Positions 1-13,792 of a stretch of DNA of 64,000 bases are shown in pieces. The translations under genes and the position numbers were made by a program. Source of the stretch: Phaeosaccion multiseriatum (lineage: Eukaryota > Protista > Ochrophyta, other classes); the NCBI GenBank assembly GCA_965112735.1, contig OZ218951.1, forward strand, positions 1,612,001-1,676,000. Direction: 5' to 3'. The number at the start of each line of letters is the position of its first letter. The stretch's first letter is position 1. The notes under the pieces are model-generated. The model did not search any database and was not told the DNA's origin. It saw nothing but the letters and a program-made list of their open reading frames with translations.

Positions 1-2728
1 GCAGGATCTTGTTCTGCTGCAGAGACTCACGGGAGATGTTCAGGGGAAGGTCCTCCGAGTCCACAACACCCTTGACGAACTGCACGAGTTGGTAGTATGG
101 GTGTAAGGGGCAGGGCGGCGACAAATATGAGCAGGGTAAGAGTACCATATATATACAGAACAGTCGTATCAGTATTATTCATGATCTATCATAGCAGCCT
201 CACTCTCATTGACTTACCGAGAGGTACTCGGGCATGAGCTCCTCGCAGTTGTCCATGATGAAGACCCTGCGTACGTACAGCTTGATGTTGTTGTGCTTCT
301 TCTTGTTGCCTCCCTCGAACATGTCGAAGGGGGCGCGCTTTGGCACGTACAGCACACTGTAGTGTTGGAGGACGGCAAGGGAGAGAGCAGTGAGACACCA
401 GGAAAAGAGTAAGTACATTTCCTTTTTGCCAACCCCATTCCCACACCCAGCCACCCACACAACCCTTCCCCTCCCCTCCCTAACTACTCCGCCCACCCCA
501 CCCCCCTCCTCACCTGCGGAACTCGAGCTGTCCCTCCACCGAGAAGTGCTTGACAGCGGCGTGGTCCTCCCAATCGTTGCTCAGCGCCTTGTAGAAGGAG
601 GCATACTCCTCGTGGGGGATGTCGTCAGGTTTCCGCATCCAGATGGGCTTCTGGCTGTTGAGGTGCTCCCAGTCGTGCGTCACCTCCTTGATCTTCTTGG
701 TCTTCTTCTCCTTCTCCTCCTCATCCACGTCCTCCACCTGTTGCGTTTTCGTAAGTCATGCGTCGCCAGAGATTGAGAGCGAGAGAGGCGACAGATGGGG
801 AGGGAAAACACAAAAAGACATAGCGGGGCGGGACCAGGGTGAGTCTCAGGAGTGCGCACAGCCCCCAAACAAGCTCAGGCGCCACTACAGTACGGAAGGC
901 ATCTTTTCTCCGATCTCTAAACTGCCTCTGAGGCAGAAGCGAGAGAGAGAAGGGGGGGGGGGGCAGAGCAAGCATACGACGGCAAGCAAACCAGCTCCGT
1001 CTCTCTCCCTTCCCCGCCCGTATGTGGCCTGGCCATACAAAGCAATCAAATGCAGTACCTCAGCCTCCACCCTCTATCTCTCTCACCTTGGGCTTGTCGG
1101 CGTCCTCCTCCTCCTCGTCGTCGTCGTCGTCATCCGTCACCTCCTTCTCGGTGGTCTTCTCCACGTACATCTTGATAGGGAAGCCGATGAACTCAGAGTG
1201 CTTCTTCACCAGGTCCTTGAGCTGTTGGTGGTAGGCACAAGTGAGGGCAGAGGGAGGATGGAGCGAATAGTACAAGGCGTTAAAAAGAGGGTTCTATACC
1301 TACCTCATATCAGAAACTCTCCTCTGCCACTCTGTACTTGTCCCCTAACACCCCACTCCGCAACACTCCCACACTCACTCACTCCCTCCCCTCCCCTCCC
1401 TTCCCCGTCGTCCTCCTCCACTCACCCTTCGCTCCTCCAGGTACTCCTGCATGTCCTCCTTGAGCTGCAGCTCGATGCGAGTACCACGTCCGAGGGGCTT
1501 GACGCCCTCAGCGGCGGGGGTGACGGTGAAGGAGCCTCCAGCGGCGGATTCCCATGTGTACAGCTCGTCGTCGTTGTGGCGGGAGGTGACAGTCACCTAA
1601 GAGACGGAAGAGACGAGAGGTATGAAGGAAATGAGAAAGGGTGGAATGCAGGGGGGGTAAGGTTGAGTGGAAAGATAATGCTCTCTCTTTCCTTCTATTT
1701 CACTGGTGCTTGTGGGTCTAAATTCAGAGACTGTCTTGCTCTTCGATTCTTTTGGGACTCCACCAAATGGACGTCGACTGACGGGGACTCGGCGTACCTT
1801 ATCGGCGACGAGGTAGGCGGAGTAGAATCCCACTCCGAACTGCCCGATCATGCTGATGTCGGCGCCGGCAGAGAGGGCCTCCATGAACTGCTTGGTACCG
1901 GACTTGGCGATGGTTCCGAGGTTGTTGACGAGGTCGGTCTTAGTCATGCCGATGCCGGTGTCCTCGATGGTCAGGGTGTTGTTGGCCTTGTCGGCGATGA
2001 GGCGGATCTCCATCTCGGGCTCATTGTCCAGCACAGACTTGTCGGTGAGGGACTGGTAGCGGATCTTGTCGAGCGCATCGCTGGAGTTGGAGATGAGCTC
2101 GCGGAGGAAGATCTGAGGGGATGGGAGTGAGAGAAAAGCGGGGTTGGGGGGGGGGGGGGGGGGCGGGCAGGAGGAGGAGGAGGAGGAGGAGTGTGAGCTT
2201 TTCATCGGAGGGAGGGGAGGTGGGAGGTGAATGGAAGGGAGGGAAAGGGCCGCGTGGAGCTTCCGGTATTTTTTGTTTTCTCCCCTCAGTCATCGGTCGT
2301 ACTCACAACACCTCCGACCCTACTGCGAGGGGAGGAAGTCAGTCGGTCCCCCGTCAAAGAGCGGGGAAGCTAATACAAGCACACAATTCGAAACACCCCC
2401 ACCACGCCCATGGCCGGTGAGAGGGAACAGGTCAAACTAAAAAATTGAAACAGACAGCACCTGCGCCCAATGACAACCCATCCCATCTCTAGGCGACACT
2501 TATGGACCCATTGACACCCCTCTTCCCTCTCGAGCCAGCACCGGTCCAATTTCAAAGCGCTTTCTCCTCCAATCCCTCCGTTCTCCCCCCCGCTCCCCCA
2601 AAGATCCGCTCTCGACGCAGACTTGCCTCCTTGTTCGAGTAAAAGGTGTTGATGATGAGCGACAGCAGCTGGTTGATGTCAGCCGAGAAGGCGAAAGTCT
2701 CAGCGGTGTTCTCGGTGGAGTCGGCCAT
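1..2728 (-). CDS. HSP90: Cytosolic heat shock protein 90, 3' part outside the window; exons 2728-2627, 2112-1798, 1596-1426, 1221-1087, 737-514, 356-218, 79-1
   Basis: Spliced translation [53 protein letters not shown]...[11 protein letters not shown]...[15 protein letters not shown]...[10 protein letters not shown]...[18 protein letters not shown]; all junctions are phase-consistent. Confidence 0.98.
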
Positions 2729-3504
2729 GGCTACTTGCGCTTGATCTGGTCAATCAATAATGGAAGGTGAGAACCGCAGCCTCAAATCGAGAAAGGAAAC
2801 TCTCCCCCGGGGGATTTTTTGATCTGGAACCTTACAAATGACAAAGGCGAAGTACTAACTTTTACTTGGTTTTCTCGGCAGAACTTTTTGCGCAAAAATC
2901 AATCGATTGTGATTGGGAAGAGTAGGAGGGGGAGAGAGGAGAGGCAGGAGTGGGAGACTAGAAGAGAGGAGGTATTAAACTCTTCTCCTTCCCCACTCTG
3001 TTTTCGTTTGATGATGCGCTGGTATTGACGAGAGAGAATTTGAAAAGAAAAATGTATGGCTGCCTGGACAGATAAAGGCCCCAAGAATAGGAATCAGCCA
3101 GCAGATTTTTACCAGTTTTGCAGTGACCATGGGTCGTGGTATCTATGTGGGAGACATCCAGCGCAGCGCCAGCACCTCCCAGCTGGTTATGCCGGGCATC
3201 TCAGGCATGGGCAGCACAATGGGGGGGAATAGAACGACCACCAACAAGCGGTAATGCCATACAGCCTCTTTATCATTTCCCCTTTCTTCCCGCTGTCCTT
3301 GTTTTCTCCAAGTACGATCTACATGGCCGCGCTTCCCCCCTCTCAACCCATCGGATCGCCCCGCCCGCTCTCTCTCTCTCCCATCCTTCTACTGCTGCTG
3401 CTAACGTCCGTCCCACCTGCAGCGTCGAGGACACTCTGAAAGACCGTAGGAGCCAGCGCCAAGCGAAAGGCACCCTCCGCACCGCCCACGGCATATCCGA
3501 CGCC

Positions 3505-5287
3505 ATGCGCGTCGCCAGCCTGTATGGTGCGTCAGTGGACTCCGACATTGTCAGGAGGAGCATTGGCCTCCCCGTTGGAAGGCGCAACAAGGTGGGGCGG
3601 TAGGAGAATGGTAGTGGCCTCAAGCGAAGGGAAGGGGAGGCAAGGCGTGCCTAAGTGCGTGCGTGCGTGTGTGCGTGTGTGCGTGGGTGCATGGGTGCAT
3701 GGATGCATGAGTGAGTGTCTGCCGGCCTGTATGCGCACAGCCAACCCCTTATCTGGGGGTCCTGTGTGCTCCTTCCTGCTTTTCACTTCCTTCTCTTCTT
3801 CTTTTTCCGCCACACACAACTCTGAACAGAGACGTCTCAGCGCCATCGGCCAGGGCGCCCAAGACAACGCTGACCCATCGTACCAGCGGCGCTGCGGGGG
3901 CATGCCCAGCAACCACACACACCACCACCGCAGCGCTAGCCCTCCCCGCCCTGAAAGACACAGCAGCACAGATGCGAAGGCGAGGAGGGCGGCAAGGCGA
4001 GACCGAAGGAGGGCGAAGGAGGTGCACCAAAGTGCTGTGCTGAAGCTCAAGCAGGCCGCCAATCTCTACGATGGAGACCGGCACAGGGATATCTTCAAGT
4101 CCTTCGGTGAGGTATAGGGGAGGGCACGAAGGGAGTGAGGGGGGAGAGAGGGGAGGGGAGGGAAGAGGGAACAGGTTAGGGGGGGAGGGGAGGAAGGGAG
4201 TTTTGTTTGCAGAGATACTCCATATGCGCTCATGCCCTCCGTCTGCTCATATGCCCGCATGCCCCCAGATGGCCCTCCAGTTGGGGGGCAGGAGCTGCGG
4301 GAGCTCATGATGCGAAGTTTCCGCGTCCACCTGAGCCTCAAGGAGGCATGTGCCGTGGTGGACATGTTCGATAAGGACGGGAGTGGGGCCGTGGACGCGG
4401 CAGAGCTTCTCACCGGCTTCATGCGGTGAGTGAAAGGCGTAAGAGGCGCATGGGCAAGTATGGCACATAGGCATATGGGCATAGATTGATGGCAACTCAG
4501 GGACTAGAGACGAGAGGCAAAGGCCAGACGATCCTTGCCCTGACCCTGACCCTGTGCTACGCTAGGAGTAGTAGGTCAGGTAGTGAGGCTATCTGCGCTT
4601 AGTACAGAGAAAGTGTCTCCAGCGCAGGGGTTCAGTTCCCTTTGGCGTTTTTTTTTCGTTAACCAACCCTGAACCCGCCCCTGACCCCGGCCTTGCCCCA
4701 AACAATGCACTCCACTGACAAACACAGACTGGTATTTGAGTGTCGGGAAGAGGAAAGGAAGAAGCGAAAGACAAGGCAGAAGGCAGCTGACACACACCTC
4801 CGCCTCTTGGCACGGAAGAAGGTTCGGAGAATGGTCCGCCTCAATGCCACGCAAGTGTCACGTGACTTTGACTTGGCCGCCCTCACCACGGCTCTCACCA
4901 AGATCGAACACGCCGCACTGCACTACGACAGACAGAGATTCGGCGGCCTGCAGGTGACGAGAGAGGGGAGGGAAGGAGGGGAGGGGAGGGGAGGGGAGGG
5001 GAGGGGAGGGAGAGAGGGGGGGGGGGGGAGGGAGGGAGGGAGGGAAGGAGGGAGGGAGGGAGGAGGGAGGGTGCAGTCATCATCATCATCATCCTCCTCC
5101 TCCTCCTCGAGTGCATCTATTTACACCGCCCCTCCCTTCCCCTCCTGCCCCCCTCCCCCCAAAGGCCTTTGACCAGGGAGACATGAATCCCTGCATGCTG
5201 CGGGACCTCCTAAGGAAGAGGTTCGGCATTCGCCTCAATCCGAGAGAACTCGGGGCTACCATGGCCTACTTCGATAGGGATGAGAAC

Positions 5288-5330
<43 letters not shown>

Positions 5331-6429
5331 TGCGTGTCTGTGGACACGGGTGAGTGTGTGGCGCAGAGGCGTAGATGGGAGGAGGGGGCGTGACTTCCAC
5401 CTTCTGAAAACCTCTTCGATCCTCCGTCCTCCCTCCACCCTTCCTTCCCTCGCCCTCCCTTCTCCCTCCTTCCCTCCCTCCCTCTCTCTGCTTCGTCGTT
5501 TTGTGGCGTGCAGTGCCATCGACACTACGGAGTTCTTGATTGCCTTCTTTCGCCTCTCCACAAACGCCAAGAAAGAGCACGCTCGCAGACTGAGAGGCGA
5601 CACCGATGGCGACGGCGGCCATGTCCACGCAACTAGCGTATCACCATCCAGTACGTTCGGGGGAAAGATTTCTTGGGGCAAGTCTCTCTCAGCCACTCGC
5701 AGAGAGCGGCAGCAGCAGCAGGAGGAGGAGGAGGAGCAAGAGGACGGCAGCAGCGGCCGCTCCCTCCTACCTCACAACGACGACGACCACTCAGTGTTCT
5801 CCTCAGTCTCGGCATTGGGCAGTAGCAGCAGTAGCACGTGCAGTCTGAGCCTCCCTCCCGGCGAGTGGAGCGAGACTGCCGCCCAAATGGCCGCTGAGTT
5901 CATGTCTACCCGTGTCGCCATCTGTGAAACTGCTGCTGGAGGAGTTGGTGATACATGCAATAGCCTACTTGGCCGTGGTGGAGAGTCGGAGGGGGGGGAG
6001 GAGGGCGAGGAGGGGGGGTTTGCGTCGTCAGATGACGAGGGTGGAGGGGAGGGGATTGTGCTTCCCCGTTTAGGAAAGGACCGGAGCTATACCAACGGAG
6101 GAGGAGGAGGAGGAGGAGGAGGAGGAGGAGGAGGAGGAGGAGGAGGAGGAGGAGGAGGAGGAGGAGGAGGAGGAGGAGGAGGAGGAGGAGGAGGAGGAGG
6201 AGGAGGAGGAGGAGGAGGAGGAGGAGGAGGAGGAGGAGATGCGGACTACGCGGACGAATACGAGTATGGCAACGAGGACGGAAATGAGAGCGACGAATGG
6301 GAGGAGGAGGGCGACGAGGGTGGGCTGCAGGAGAAGAAATCAGCAGCAGTTGGTGGTACAGCAGTAGGGGGGGCTGCGGCGGCTCCGACTTCGAAGGGCA
6401 AGAGCGGCGTCGCGGTGCGTCACCACGTG

Positions 6430-6503
<74 letters not shown>

Positions 6504-6524
6504 TAGACAGACAGACAGACAGAC

Positions 6525-6573
<49 letters not shown>

Positions 6574-6661
6574 GGGCGGGAGGGGGGGGGTTGCAGGGGA
6601 TGGAGGGGGGAGAAGGAGATTCCTTGACTCCTTTTGATCTGACTCGTGCCTGTCTGTCCTC

Positions 6662-6693
<32 letters not shown>

Positions 6694-8361
6694 TCCTCCT
6701 CCTCCTCCACCACCACCACAACCACCCCCCCCCCGCCCACGCTCAGGCTCTCCTGGAAGCCGGCAAGATAGAGGCAGGTCGTCTCAAGCGACAGCAAGAG
6801 GCAGCCTCTCGAAGCAACAGACCTGGCGGCGACGGCGACAACCAACACGAGGAGCTGCTGGGGAGGGTGGACGAGTACAAGAGACAGCGGGAGATGAGCG
6901 AGCAGGAGCAGGGGGGCGGCTCGCTCTGGGAGAAGAGCACAATTCGGCGTTCCAAGGGCTGCACGATTGTACGGGCAGTCACGCCGGCATTCGCCCATGG
7001 TGAGCTCCTCTCGCTCCTCCTCCTCCTCCTCCTCCCCCTCCTCCTCCTCCTCCTCCTCCTCCTCCTCCTCCTCCTCCTCCCCCTCCTCCTCCTCCTCCTC
7101 CTCCTCCTTGTACGGGCACGTCCGGCTGGCTCCTCCACGGGCTCTCTCTGTACTCACGAAATGACCCCCTCCTCCTCCTCCTCCTCCTCCTCCTCCCTCC
7201 CTGAACAGGCATGGATCGTTACCGCAAGGCCCAAACGCTGGCCTATCACGCCAAATGGCACGTGATTGCAGACTTCCTCTTGTCCGCACAGGGAGAGTCC
7301 TACCACGAGGTGGCGAGGCAGGTGCGTGCCAATATCGACATCGATATCGATGTTCGATAGCTCTCTAACAACTGAAACTCAGACTGAAGCTGAAACTGAA
7401 ACTGAAACCGACTGGAAACTGTACTGCAGGTGCTGGAGGTGTTCTATGAAGAAGCCGCACCCTCCTCGAGTGCACTCTTCTCCTCCTCCTCCACCATGGC
7501 AGCGACTATGCCGGTGGGCGGGGCGACGTCGAAGGCTGTGGGAGGAGGAGGAGGCGGCGGGAGGGGTGCTGACCATCTTCTCACCACGGGCCAGCAGAGA
7601 GGTGAGTAGCAAAGATCCGTGCAGGAGATAGAGGGGAGGGAGCGAGAGGTGGGGGGTCAACGGACAGCTGTGCCTTCTCTCTCTCTTCTCTCTCGCTTCT
7701 CTCCATCTCTCTCTCTCTCTCTCTTTCGCTTCCGCCCTCAGCCTTTGTAATCCCCCCCCTCCCCCACCCACCCTCCTCCTCCTCCTCCTTCTCCTTGTGC
7801 TCCTCCTCCTGCTGCTACTGCTCCTACTACTGCTTCCTTGTCCTTCCTTTCTTCGCGTGTCCGCAGCGCTAGGCAGGGATGCTTTTGTCTCCATTCTCGC
7901 CTCAGGGTTCCAGGGAGTCACTGAGAACAGTGCGCAGAAGGTGTACTCTTGCTTCGATCCCAAGGCCAGCGACAGGTCAATAGGCAATAGGCAAACGGGT
8001 ATTCTATGGCATGGCATGTCCAGGGGCATACGGATGTGGCCGGAGTGACTCGCAGATCCTGCTTTCTAGCTTCACCTGGCTTTGCACCTCACCCCACCCC
8101 ATCCACTGCCATCCCATCCCATGCCATCCACTACCATCCCCAGTGCGGACTTCCTCGAGTTGGCCGTGTGCGTGGAGATGCTTGGGGTGTACGCCGAGCG
8201 CGTGCATGGGAAGAGCACAGGGATGAAGCAACAGGACCACCAGGCCAGGAGGTGCGTCACTCAGTCATTGCCTTATTGCCTTGCATTGTTTGTTCTGGGC
8301 TTGATCTTTGTTTTGCCCTACCTGTTGTTAACGGGAGCGAGAAGCCATGTGTTGCTTGCTA

Positions 8362-8398
<37 letters not shown>

Positions 8399-10065
8399 TT
8401 TGTGGGCTTTTACTCCTCTCTCTATCTCTTACCATATCTCACTCTCTCACCCCCCCCCCCCTCTTTCCCCCTCCCTCCCTCCCCTCTATACGGAGCGCAG
8501 GGGAGCCCTCGGTGCAGGTATGGTCTTTGCTGCGGGCTTCCAAATGAGCCCTGCAAGGCAGCTGCGTCTATCCGCTGAGCTTTGCAAGCAACTCTTCAAT
8601 TGGATTGGCGGTGACTTCCGCCCCGCCGTGACGCAGGGGTGAGTGAGTGAGTGAGTGAGTGAGTGAGTGAGTGAGTGAGTGAGTGAGTGAGTGGGTAGGG
8701 TAGGGTAGGGTAGGTGGGCGAGTTGAAATCCGAGCGCCAGACATGTTCTTTCGCGATATTGATGCATCTATTCTCTTCCCTCACCTCCCTCTCTCCCCTC
8801 CCCTCTCTCCCCCCTCTCCCCCCTCTCCCCCCTGTCCCCCCTCCCCTCTCCCCTCCACTCCCCTCCACTCTCTCCTCTCCCCTCCTCTCCCTTCCCTCCC
8901 CTTTCTCCTCCCCTCTCATCTCCTCCCCTCTCCCCTCCTTCTCTCCCCTCCCTCCCCCCCCCCGCAGGAAAGTGCACGTGACTCCTTGCCGCAGCGTGGA
9001 CGTCCCCTCGCTTATCAGCTGTCTGCGGTCCCTCTCCGCCACGGAGGAGGGTGCAGTGAAGGTGGAGGAGACCCTTTTGGACATGCTGTCGTACACAGAG
9101 ACACTGGGGCCAAAGGTAAAGCAGGAGGGGAGGGAGGGAGACACGCACACACACACACACACACGCACAGGAGAGGGGGGTCGAGGGATGGAGGGTGGGA
9201 TACACGCACGCACACGCACACACGCATGCACAACCACACATGCAACACACACACAGAGAGAGAGAGAGAGGGAGAGATGCGAGCCTCCTATGTTGCTCTC
9301 CCCGTCTACCCCGCCTGCCTGCGGAGGCACTTCTCAACTACCCCTCTCCCTCTCTCTGTCCCTCTCTCTCTCTCCTTCTCCCTCTCTCTTCCCCTCTCTC
9401 TGCCTCTCTCTCTCTCCTTCTCCCTCTCTTCCCCTCTCTCTGCCTCTCTCTCTCCCCTCTCTCTTTTCTCCCAGGTGTCTCGGGAGCGGCACTTCCCTCT
9501 CGCCAACAGCGCCGCTAACCTCATGTCCAACAGCAAAGCCGCGCACTTCCTCCACTGCTCCCTCACCGCCGCAGAGCTCACTTCCCTCATGGCCCTTGTG
9601 TTCAACGAAGACAAGTCCTCTCCCATGAAGATGCATGTCAAGGTTGCCACTCTGAGCACATTCATCGCCGCCACCCAGCCAACAAACAGCAGCAGCAGCA
9701 GCAGCAGCAGCAGCTCGGCCTTGGTCAAGAGTAGGACCATTTCCGCCACCGCCAGCAGCAGGGCCAAGGCCGTGCTCAAGGGCGGGGTCGAGACGGTGAC
9801 GCTGGCAAGCCTGCGAGACCAGCATCTGTCCACGAACTCGCCGCCGCAGCAGATGGTGATACACGAGCAGCAGGGGCAGCAGCAGCAAGGAGGGGAAACT
9901 ACGTCAGGGAGCAGCAGCGGTGGTGGCGGCAAGGGCCAGTGCGAGAGGAGCGAGGAGGAGCGGGAGGCGGCGAAGCGAGCCACAAAGGCCTTCCTGCTGA
10001 CCATGATGCACAATGTTGCCCACTGCAGAGAGCGTCTCGACGCAGCGCTGGGGCAGCACCACTGA
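3505..10065 (+). CDS. Multi-exon EF-hand protein with long low-complexity regions; start and middle exons uncertain
   Basis: Two homologous modules ending in EF-hand loops: MFDKDGSGAVDAAELL (about 4363-4410) and YFDRDENG/AIDTTEFL (about 5267-5540); GT-AG junctions; last exon 9475-10065 ends LDAALGQHH*. Confidence 0.7.
6097..6237 (+). repeat. (GGA)47 trinucleotide tract, in frame as poly-Gly
   Basis: Uninterrupted GGA run inside ORF 5290..6627. Confidence 0.95.
6431..6574. repeat. (AGAC)n microsatellite
   Basis: Directly visible, with two AGAT variants. Confidence 0.95.
8639..8692. repeat. (GAGT)n microsatellite at an intron donor
   Basis: gtgagtgagtgagt... follows exon end ACG CAG GG. Confidence 0.9.
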
Positions 10066-10230
10066 GGGACTTAAGTCACTTAGGGGCACTGAGGGACAGA
10101 CACTGAGGGGCACCGAGACACTGAGGGGCACTTAGGGACAGACACTGAGGGGGGGCCTTTGCTGGCTCTTCGAGGCTCTGTGCAGTGGCGCAGCAGCACA
10201 GAGGGCACTGATGGCACTGGCTGAGTGAGG
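10060..10230. repeat. Degenerate CACTGAGGG-type minisatellite downstream of the EF-hand gene stop
   Basis: Repeated cactgaggg / cacttaggg / cactgatgg units. Confidence 0.75.
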
Positions 10231-10292
10231 CCACTCGGGGGGGGCCACGGAGGGGCACGTGTGTGTGCCCTCTCATGTACAATACATGCCAT

Positions 10293-10369
10293 CCATGGCA
10301 CATTCCATGGCACATTCCATGGCACATTCCATGGCACATTCCATGGCACATTCCATGGCACATTCCATT
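10293..10369. repeat. 12-bp tandem repeat (CCATGGCACATT) x about 6
   Basis: Directly visible perfect units. Confidence 0.95.
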
Positions 10370-10868
10370 TCCTATCGAGGTACGACGCAGTACTTCGAAA
10401 CATAAAACACTGATTTTTCTAAGGAATGCCCATAAGGAATGCCCAGAAAAATAAAAGACTTTCCAAAAAGTGGCGGCGGAAATGCTACGGGCCGCGGCAT
10501 GGGCATGGCTGATTACATAGCTTAGAAAATTATACAATGACACGCAGGCTGAAGGTGGTGTCTGACAGAAAAGGCCATCCTCCTCCCATGACTCTCATCG
10601 CCTCTGTGCACCAGTGGCACTCCAGTGTTGTGGTGTGGTTGCTCGAGCCGGAGGGGGGAAGGCAGCTCATGGCGCCTCGAGAGGACGCGTCCTTGGATCG
10701 GGCCATGATTGCGGACTTTCACACCCAAACGGCGGAGGAGGTGGAGATGCTGCTGGAGCTCAGTTTGTCCGAGTATGTGCGCTGTGATGGTACATTGCCT
10801 AGGTGGTGCTTCGATCGCTGTAACCTACTGGTTTCTGATTCTGATTCTACATTGAAGAATTCATGACA

Positions 10869-13792
10869 TCAAACGGCGACGTTAATGACCATACCGGGCG
10901 AAACGTTGGCAGGCAACAGCACGTTAACCAGAGTTCCGTTTGGGGCCTGTGCCTGAATGGTGGCCCCAGGACCCGCCCCCTGGGGCACCATGACTTGAAT
11001 CATCACCGGTTGCCGTGGCTGTGTCGGGGGCTGCGTCACAAGGGGCGTGAAGGCCTGCGCCTGCTGCTGCTGTTGGTGATACATCTGCTGCGCGACAGGA
11101 GTTGTGGAGTTGTTATTGCCCCCCCCCTGTGGTGTCACTTGCGGCGTATGAGGGGACTGAGGACGCGACATCGGACCCGCGCTTCCCAGGGGAGACGGCA
11201 GGGTCAGACTCGGTGGAGGCTTCAGCCCCCCGGGGGACGCTTCCCCCCCTTCCACTCCTTCCTTCCTGTCGTGCTCTGCCCTGAGGGAGGTGTACACATA
11301 GACGCGTCCGTCGTCGGTGATGCGAGTCTCGTACATGGGCAGCGACTCCACTTAAGTTTTAAGCATAGCGAAGAGTGCGGTGGATGGATGGGTAGGTGGG
11401 TAGGTCGGCGGGTGGGTATGTGGGCAGGTCCGCGTGGAGGAGGAGGAGGAGGAGGAGGAGGAGGAGGAGGAGGAGGAGGAGGAGGAGGCAGCAGCAACAA
11501 AAAGAGGAGACAGGCTGGGTGTCAGAAGAGCGGTTGGGGGGCGCGGGGGGGGTGGTTTAAAGGCTTGTCGATGCCTGAAGCAAGCATTCCATTCTTCCAT
11601 ACGAGCCCACCGCAGTCAGTTGCTGGCCACGCTCACCCCACCCATTCCCCCATCCGTGAAGTCCGTCTCTACCCACCGCCCCACCATCTCCACGTGTAAC
11701 GCTCAATCTACAGATGTATAACCGTCGTCCAATCACTACTCCTCGGTCCTCCGTAGCGAACCTGTGAGCGGCCATGCCAAGGCCTCCTCCCCGGGGTGCT
11801 GTGCGTTGAAGTCCGCCTTGTCCTTTTTGAACTTGTGTGCAAATACGCCCACCCAGATTATGGGCCAGTAGAACCACGACTCCACTAAGGGGTGATGGTG
11901 GTGGTGGTGGTGGTAAGACAGGGGCGGACAGGCCGAGAGGAAGAGGCAAAGTCAGAGGCAGACGAATGGGCATGTTCGCTGAGGAGGGAAAGAAGTTGAC
12001 CCACCCCAAAGGCGCTGCTTGCAGCCTCTCTACCTTATTGTCCTGGCAAGGCAAGGCCTGTCGTCCTTTCCCTTCCTACTCACCCCCCCCCTCCCCTCTT
12101 CTTCGACCTTCTCATCTCGCCCCTGCCCCTGGCCCCTTCCTTCCCCTCGACACCTTGGACCACCTAGTCCTCGTACACTTCAGTTCACTTCTTAAGGGCC
12201 TTTTCAAAATAACTCCATCCCCACAATGCAAAATATCGATCCGCACTACCTCAAAAGTCGATATCACATACCTACTCCAGTGACCCATCCGATGGCGACG
12301 CCCGGTGTGCCCATCTCGACAGATAAGACAATCCCAGTAAGGATGAAGACAATGGAGAGCAAGGAGAAGAGGAGCAGGATGAAGCCCCCGATGCACTCGA
12401 ACAGACACCTCACGCAGCTCCAGCACTCTTGCACGCAACCGCATTGAGCGAACACCTTAAGAATCTGCGACGGACGGGAAGGGACGGCATGCAAATACAC
12501 AACAGAGTCAAGACGACGAAGGAAAACAGCAAACAGCACTTGTGTCGCGCCTGAATGAGAAACCTCCCTCCCTCCCTCCGTCCCTCACTCACTCACTCCC
12601 TCCCTCGTTCGCTCATGATCTCTACGCTTCGACTTGCCCCCCGAGTTTGCCTCGCCTATCGCTTTGCCCCTGTCGCAGCGTGGGGAGCTTGTCTGCGTGC
12701 GTTGATTTCGACCGCCACCACCCCCTCCCTACCGTCTCTCACCATGTTGTACGGAACGGTGCATAAGGCAATGAAGATGGACAGGATATACCACTCAAAA
12801 GTGTTTTTACAGGCCTTCTCATAGTCAGCCACGGTCGTCTCGGGCTCCTCCCCACTCTCCGGCCCACAGAAGAGCTCAGAAGAGGAGCTCGAGCTCAATG
12901 TGTGATAGACCTCATTCTCACACCCCGCGTTACACGTCTCTGTTCGGTGGCAAAATCACGCAACACAGGGAGGGAGGAGGAAGGCACGGCGGCAAAGGTT
13001 CAGCCCAGTTCAAGGTCGGTGGTTGGGTTGTTCAAGGTCGGTGGTTGGGTTGTCCACGGGAGCCTTTGCCCAAGTTCAGACGTCTCTCAAGCGCCCCCCG
13101 CCCCGTTTGCAAGTACGTGCGGTACGGCACGGTAGATTTGTAGGATGCCCTCTGTCTCTGGCTTGTCTCACCCGTGTTTTCGTGAAATGCGTTGTAGAAG
13201 ATTGTACTGATGAAGAAGGCCCAGGCGAGGTAGCACAGAAGGACCACGGAGCGCTCTCTCCGAGAAAACGGGTCTGTCGCGACCATGGGTCGGTATTCGG
13301 GTGTATATCAGTGGAAGGTGTAAGCTCTAGAGAACCGCGTAGTAGGAGGAGGTATTGCCCTACAAGAACGCCGTCAAACGAGCGATGCATAAAAGCAAAC
13401 CAAATGAGATAAAGTACTTACGAAGCTCGTGAGCCTGGTAGACCGATAAGACCGGGTGGGCATTGCAGCTCCAATACCAAAAGTTTGAGGTGAACGTCCC
13501 CCCACTCCCGGGGCTCCCGTACGCCCTTCCTGTCGTACGAGAGCACAGCACGGAGAGTGGTACACAGTTGGTTAAATTAAAGACACTGCACCTCCTGCCG
13601 CTTCCAACTCCACTCACCCTTGAGGAGCATCCTCGTAATCTCCTTCTTCTGCAGCGCGATGATCTCCTTGGCTCCCATGATGACTTCTCCCTCGCCCGCA
13701 CCGATAGCTATTTGAGGCCCCGGCGAGCCTGGGGGTGAGAGGTTCACCGCTGGAGCCACTCTCACTCGGGACATGGGCGAAGGTGGCGCCAT
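10869..13792 (-). CDS. Multi-exon polytopic membrane protein with a C-terminal 'VMVPQGAGPGATIQAQAPNG' repeat-type domain; function unknown
   Basis: Exons MAPPSPMSRV..., NFWYWSCNAHPVLSVYQAHEL, DPFSRRERSVVLLCYLAWAFF, FEWYILSIFIALCT, CIGGFILLLFSLLSIVFILTG, VESWFYWPIIWVGVFAHKF; a phase-1 splice 11762->11350 joins the last ORF; otherwise a stop occurs near 11737. Confidence 0.6.

Noticed and set aside
619-2130. 503-aa + strand ORF
   Set aside because: Antisense shadow of GC3-rich HSP90 exons plus introns.
2729-3130. Heat-shock elements upstream of HSP90
   Set aside because: Only partial TTC/GAA matches; no correctly spaced array of three nGAAn units found.
4538-4690. Telomere-like CCCTGA repeats
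   Set aside because: Only a few degenerate intronic units.
10537-10866. 109-aa ORF with ankyrin-like TLIASVHQWHSSVVVWLLE
   Set aside because: Single weak match with no supporting exons; insufficient to call.
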